This document shows, piece by piece, positions 58,010-64,000 of a DNA stretch of 64,000 nt. The position numbers and the translations under genes were made by a program. Location: the NCBI GenBank assembly GCA_010093605.1, contig MU004181.1:682001-746000 (forward strand). The letters run 5' to 3'. Under the pieces are notes generated by a model. That model was not told where the DNA came from, did no database searches, and saw nothing but the letters and a program-made list of their open reading frames with translations. This stretch comes from Lophium mytilinum (taxonomy: Eukaryota). The stretch's first letter is position 1. Every line of letters begins with the position of its first letter.

Positions 58010-58560
58010 GGCGGCGACGGGCCACACTTTCGGGGGAAGGGGACGCAGAACACGCGCAGGTAGGTCACGCAGCGGTGGCAGGGAGGACCCGATTCGCGAG
58101 TGTTTCCATTGTCTTTCTAGTCCCTTACACAGCGGCGCAAACACGGATCTAGATGATGCAGTGGGGTGGGGAGATGGGGTGGGGAGCTAGAGCATGCACA
58201 ACTGAAACCCTGAATCTTGCGAAGAAGCGTACGACATGAACGCCCGCGTTGCACAGCGCAGGGCGAGAATGGAGGAAAGAAGGGAAGAAGCGGTCAGAGA
58301 AAGAGAGACTGAGTTGGACAGCAGACAGGACAAAGCAAGATCAGGACAGCGCGGATCGAGGTGCAGCGGAGGAATAAGTATCAAACGCCAGCGTCACCTC
58401 CCCCCAGCATTATGAGGGGCTAGCTAGGTAGGTGGAGTGCATTGCGCATGGAGATAAGACGGGAAGCGGTCGGGCCAGAAATAGGAAAGACGACAGGGCC
58501 GTGGCTCGGGAAGAGGCATGAGCAGGCCGGGAGGGCGAGTCGATGCATGGTAGCCGTGCT

Positions 58561-58580
58561 GGTTGGTTGGTTGGTTGGTT
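58561..58580 (+). repeat. (GGTT)5 microsatellite
   Basis: GGTTGGTTGGTTGGTTGGTT. Confidence 0.9.
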
Positions 58581-60202
58581 CATTCATATTGCGGGTGTAG
58601 AGCGCCAAGGGCGCACGCCGCGTGGTCATCCTAGCTAGAGGAGATTTCTCTCCTCCAGCTGCCTAGGGGGTCCAAAACCCCTAGGAGTAGGTTCCACCTA
58701 TCTACAATAGACTAATACAAGAAAGGTAATCAGGGAAAAACCTCAGTATCCTGAGGGAAAAGTGCCTGCTACCACATGCCCAATCCTCCCCTATGCCTGT
58801 TGCTCCTCGCCCGCCCGTTGTAGATAGATGTGGGTGGATTCTTGGTACCTAAAGGGCCCTGTTTGGAACCGGTGCGCCTGCGTGCATTGTACCTAGGTAG
58901 TCAGCCAGCAGGTGTCCTCATAAATATATCAGATTATCAATGTCTTACCCCAAGGTGGCCTCTCCTCCCGTGCCCGCTGACAGGAGTGCTGGATCTACCA
59001 AATCTGTTCCATCGCAGAGCTCCAACTCACAGCCCCTAGCAGAGGTGTCCGACCGACCGTGGTTGACGAAGGCCAACTGCTAGCAGTCACTGGAGGAGGC
59101 TACTTCTGCGGCTTTCCAGTATTGGAGCCTCGGTTCCAATGTGTCTGTAGTATTTGTGGGCTAGCTCCTTGCCACACCGGTGTTGCCACTTAAGTGTGTT
59201 AATCGGCTGTAGTTGTGATCTTGTAGTATGGGGTGTATGCGTGAGCGGGCGCAAAATTCAGGGGCCAACGTCGCGAACAACGCTTCTGAAGCCCTGTGGC
59301 TTTCGTTGAAGTGATAATTCTGCTTGGTAGGCCCCGGCGAGTTAATTGCGCCCAGTATTTGTGTCAATAGTGATGGATTTGTGTTGGTATTCCAATGGGT
59401 GGGTTCGTTGGGTGTGTGGTGTTTTTCGGTAGCCGTGCTGAATGCGTGAGGGAGTGGGGGGGAAGAAGCCTTTGCGGTCGTTTCAAGAGGCCCCGGGCAC
59501 TACGCGAGTCTGCCTTCGGCCTGCAGCCGTCAGAAGAGACGCCACCCGCCGGAGCGGTGCTGGACGCGTCCAAGCTGTCCCGGAGCAGCAACTGGCTGCA
59601 CCGTGGGCTTACCGGTATCAGAGTGCTGACACCGGCCCTGTGCTGGCGGGTGTTGTTGGATGGTCTGGATGGCGACAGCGCGGGCCCTGCAGACACGGAA
59701 CATTCGAGCGCCCTTCTAGGCACCACAATGGATAGACAGCGAGGCCTTGAGGCTCCCTGCAATATCTTCCGGTGTGGATGGCGTGCATGCGCTGGAGGTT
59801 TGAGCGGCGGCTCGGCCGTGCAGAAAGAGGCGCTGCATTGATCGAATTGGTGGAGCCCGTCGCTTCTAACGGCCGCCCTGTCAGCGCCGAACCATGGTCG
59901 ACGCCTTTTACTGCTTTAAAGCCCAGCCAATAGCACACTATTGACGCCATTTCCCCATACAGTACTCTAGACGCCTACTTCTGCGCTGGCAGCCGGCCCC
60001 ATAATCAACACCTCACGGACGACGTGTTGCGACTGCTCGCTCCTCACGCCGCAGCCTCTGAGTGCTTTGCTGCTGCTGCTCGGCCGGCTTCAGGATATGC
60101 AGCTAGTCATGGCCGTTGCAGCCCTCCCTGTCTCGCGTGCTGCTGCCACCACCCTCCCCCTGAGCAGGCAGACCACCCCGATGTGCACACCTGCACCGCA
60201 AT

Positions 60203-62986
60203 TCACACCACCCCCAGACACTCGGCGCCCACACGTTCTCGCCTGCCCACGACCGCGTTGCCAAGCTTGCGGCTGACCCTCCGCTTTCCGGCAGTGCGCA
60301 CAGTCGACAAGCCCCATCTCCCGTCTCCACCAGCAGCAACCCTGTCCACCACTGCAATTCTGCCATGATCGCTATCCACCCCGTTCGTCCACGTACACGT
60401 CGCTCACGTTGGGATACCGCAAGTCCGCATGGTCCTCGAGGAATTGCATCCACCGCTTGAGGAACGGCGAGCCCCTAAAACGCGCACCCCTTCTGTCAGC
60501 CAAACGGCACACAAAACCCAGGATTCACATGTCACACAGCATGCAGCAAGGTAAAGTTGTCGCACAAGACAAAGAAAGAAAAGAGAAAAAGCAATTTTCA
60601 ACAATTGCCGAAGAAAGTGAGACGACTAGAGAACACGTACCGGCCGACCGTGTCCGAGTCCCCGATCACGCAGAGATGCCTCTTTGGCCGTGTCATGGCA
60701 ACTAACAGTACGAGGAAGGGTCAGCGCAATCTCCTCGCATGCTTGCAAACAATCATGATCTAGGTGTCTTGGGGGTTTCCTACCGTTTAACCGCCTCTTT
60801 TCGCCAAGAAAGCCTACTTCATGCTCTGCATTGCTGCGCACCAGCGACACCACAACGGCTTCCTTTTCGCGGCCCTGGAAGCCGTCGACGCTGCCTAGTT
60901 CGATGCCGGGGTAGCGTTCCTTGAGCAATTGTGAGAGTACCGCGAGCTACACATTGCGTTGTGGTATTAGTATCATCTCGCTTGAAGCTAGCTCATTGCG
61001 CAACGCGGAACAAACGTACCTGCGCATTATACGGCGTGACTATCGCGATGTCCTCTGGTTTCAACCCAGCTTCAACAAGATTGGAGACATGTAGTTTGAC
61101 CAGTGCCGCTTCAAGCTCATTACTTTTGCTCTCTCCAAGACTCATGCCTTTACCAGCCTTCTTCCCGATTTCTTCGTCCTCCGTCTTCTCCGGAAAATCG
61201 CCGCCTTGTGTGTCCCAGAAGACCAACGGCTCTTTTGTATCTTCTGTTTCCTTGACTTCGTAGGGCAGATCTGTAAGTAGCCGTGCTTTAACAGCTTCCG
61301 CAGCAACGAGCTTCCCTTCATACAACTCGTCGGACGGAAACCTCATAATCGTTTCGTGCATCCGATACTGCGTCGTCAGCATCCTCTTTATGGACGGGCC
61401 GTGAAGCTCCAGCAGTCGATCGAACAGCGTAGTCTCCAGCGTCATGCCCTTGATAACCTTTCCCTCGCCCTCCTCCTTCTCCCCATCCTTCTTCCCCTTC
61501 TCTTCTTTTTTCCTCGCTTTACTCTCTTTCGAATTCAAACTCTTAATCGTCGGCGGCAACTGCAGATGATCTCCCGCCAACACCAACCGACTCGCCTTCA
61601 ACCACAGCAGCGGCACCCAGCACTGCGCCTCGAGCGCCTGACTTGCCTCATCCACGATCACGACATCGAATTTCTGATTGCGGAGATGGAAACCGCCGGC
61701 CCCATGCAGCGTCGCGAGCACCACTTTACTCGATCTCACTAACCCCTCCACACATCCCTTCTCCCGCTCCCTGAACTCCTTTCGTAGCTCCCGCAGCTCG
61801 TTGTAGATCGTCCTCTTCTCCCGTCCATTCCTAGTTTTGCGGATAGAGGCCTGTTTCGCGTCTATCTCTTTGCGGATATCTTGCACGATCTCTGCTGCAT
61901 CCGATGTCCGGGTTAGCACATCCAGGGAGTGGTTCAGCACACTCGGTAGCAAGCGCGCTGGATGTCCTAACCGTATCATGGGCACTTTGTAACTTGCTAG
62001 CCTCTCTACGATGTTATCTACTGAGATATTCGAGGGACCGCAGACCAGCAACCGTAGCCCCTGCTTCAGCATCTGCAGTATCAACTCGATGAGCGTATGC
62101 GTTTTCCCGGTCCCAGGAGGGCCGTGAATGAGCGCGACCTCCCTTGACTCGAGGGCGAAGCGAATGGCGTCTTTCTGGGAGTCGTTGAGCGAAGGGTCTA
62201 TCCACTCAACATTTACGGTAGAGAGGTCTGAGGGAACAGGTGTGGGAGAGGAGTGGCCAAAGAGAGTCGAGATGAAAGGCGTCATCTCCGAAGAAGTCAT
62301 CTTGAGAAGCTTGTTCATGTTCTGGTTCATCCTACCATAGTATTAGCACACCATACCGACATCCAACCACCTCAAGGCCCCTCTGGCCCACCTCCGGGTT
62401 TCGAAAACACACCGTTTATACGTGACATCGTTCGCCAACTTGACCCTGTGTCACAAATCAGCCCTACTCCCACCAAATATCCTCCTCACGGGTGTACATA
62501 CACCCAACACCGCCCCCCCAACCCCTCCAACCTCTCCTCCTCCTTCCCATCCCCGGACCCCTTCCCCAACACCACCTCCACCCTCTCCGTCCCCACCTTC
62601 CCCACAACCCCCTCAACCCCCCTCTCCTTCAACCCCGTTTTCTCGTTCTTCTTCGCCGCCCCCGCCGGCTGCTCGGAGACGGCTACGATGTCTCCGACCC
62701 TGATCCCATGCTCAGGTAAATCCTGACTACCACTACCTTTACCACTACCACTGCTTTTTGTGACAAAGGCGGGGTCGAGGGTTAATTCTACAACGGTTTT
62801 GCCGCCGAGCCCGGTGCGTTGGGACGATAGATTTAAGTTGAGGATGGCGAGGCCTGCACGGGCTAGGGTTGACGGCGAGGTGGAGGAGAGGAGGAGTTGG
62901 GTTTCGGCGAGTTCGGCATTGAGCTCGGTGGTGAGTAGGGCGAGTTGGGTTGTTGCGAAGGAGGGGATGTCGGTTGGTTCTGGCAT
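60203..62986 (-). CDS. HCS1: SF1 DNA/RNA helicase Hcs1/IGHMBP2 (SMUBP-2); multi-exon, exact 3' end uncertain
   Basis: [66 protein letters not shown]-terminal RTGLGGK and HGIRVGD. Confidence 0.93.
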
Positions 62987-63492
62987 TTTGGGTAAGTGGA
63001 TGTGGGTAGAGGAGGCAAGGTGTGGTTGTGGTTGAGGTTTGGGAGAGCTTTCGAGGGGAGATGGGAGCTTGGGGAGGAGCGATGCGGGGTGGTGGGGGAT
63101 GTGGATTTTATGGAAGGGGTGGTTTAGAGGGTTTATTCGTGAATAATATTGTCTTGAACCTTTGGAGCTGGGATAGGTTACTATCCGTTTCGTTTCGCTC
63201 CAGCTTCAAAGGAATCTCTCTGCTACAAAAATAGGTTCCTCACCTCTCCCCCGCGTCCCGATCGCCAGGCACCGCCGCACGTCCCCTCCACAAAATCTCG
63301 AGCTCCGAACGTCATCACCCCTGACTAACCATTCACATCCGCTCCATTACACCTCGAGTCCCACCTCACTACCCCTAGAACCATGATCTAAAACCGCGAG
63401 CTTCGCATTCTCAAACTTTCCTCCGCTCACACCCCTTCCCGTCCACACGCATCCTCACACAACTCGGCGCCGAAAAGCCCCAGGGAATCGCC

Positions 63493-64000
63493 ATGCGCAC
63501 CTCGCGCATCGCCCGCGACACCTCCGCCGCGCTGGCTGCGCGCCAATCGCGTCCCCAACCCCAGCCCCGGCAAACGACCCGACAACAGCGGAAGGAGAAG
63601 TTCTACACGGCGGCGCGGGATGCGATGTTGACGGGGTATGTGGAAGGATCAGATTCGGATCCGTATCTGTCTTCGTCTTCGGATGGGGATGAGCTATCGG
63701 AGTTCGAGGAAGAAACATATGGGCACAGGTCTGGGGATGAGGAAGACGAGGACGATCCGGAGGAGAGGGAGGGACGGTGGACAATCGTCGACCCCGCGGA
63801 GCTGGATGGAGGGAGCAAGAAGCGGAAGCGCGGCGAGCAGGCTGAGAGGATTGCGCCGGCGAGGAAGAGAGCGGGAGGTGCTGCGAGCGTGAAAGTTGAG
63901 GTCAAGGAAGACCCGGATATGGGGAAAGAGAACACTACGCCTAAGAGCAAAAACAAGAGCCCACCGAAACCCAAGACCCCCCGCGCGAAGAAACCACCCA
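63493..64000 (+). CDS. 5' part of a probable endonuclease III / DNA N-glycosylase (Nth1/Ntg1); partial, runs off the right edge
   Basis: Open frame MRTSRIARDTS...acidic tract...KKRKR...KPKTPRAKKP; the N-terminus resembles filamentous-fungal Nth1 as recalled, but no catalytic motif lies in the window. Confidence 0.5.
   Translation, partial: MRTSRIARDTSAALAARQSRPQPQPRQTTRQQRKEKFYTAARDAMLTGYVEGSDSDPYLSSSSDGDELSEFEEETYGHRSGDEEDEDDPEEREGRWTIVDPAELDGGSKKRKRGEQAERIAPARKRAGGAASVKVEVKEDPDMGKENTTPKSKNKSPPKPKTPRAKKPP

Noticed and set aside
58200..60200. Short ORFs and small hairpins in the long intergenic region
   Set aside because: No protein motifs or consistent structure; probably regulatory DNA or UTR of the flanking genes
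1..64000. CRISPR array or rRNA
   Set aside because: No regularly spaced repeat-spacer array or rRNA-like sequence; the DNA is fungal nuclear

Overview
Eukaryotic DNA from a filamentous ascomycete (Pezizomycotina, probably a Dothideomycete; inferred from short GT-AG introns with CTAAC-type branch sites, Zn2Cys6 factors, HET-domain genes and RIP-like C>T/G>A damage). Conserved genes lie at both ends and at 15-21 kb: the tail of a tRNA isopentenyltransferase, an adjacent TOM22/TOM40 pair, a PFK-2/FBPase-2-like gene, an HCS1/IGHMBP2 helicase and a probable endonuclease III. About 29.5-51.5 kb is an accessory-looking island. It holds three intronless paralogues of an uncharacterised F-box-like family, two TF+effector gene pairs, a ~500-bp TIR element, and decayed methyltransferase, HET and FAD-monooxygenase genes. 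The signals least explained by coding genes are non-coding. (i) At 23.6-25.2 kb, two tandem Pol III-type (A-box/B-box/oligo-T) units that do not fold as tRNAs sit beside a structured ORF-poor tract with a GTAC array and a ~75-bp-arm hairpin (candidate small-RNA/milRNA locus). (ii) At 54.2-55.2 kb, a duplicated TCAC-rich TATA promoter with no evident gene is interleaved with an inverted repeat. All calls are by eye; no database searches were run.
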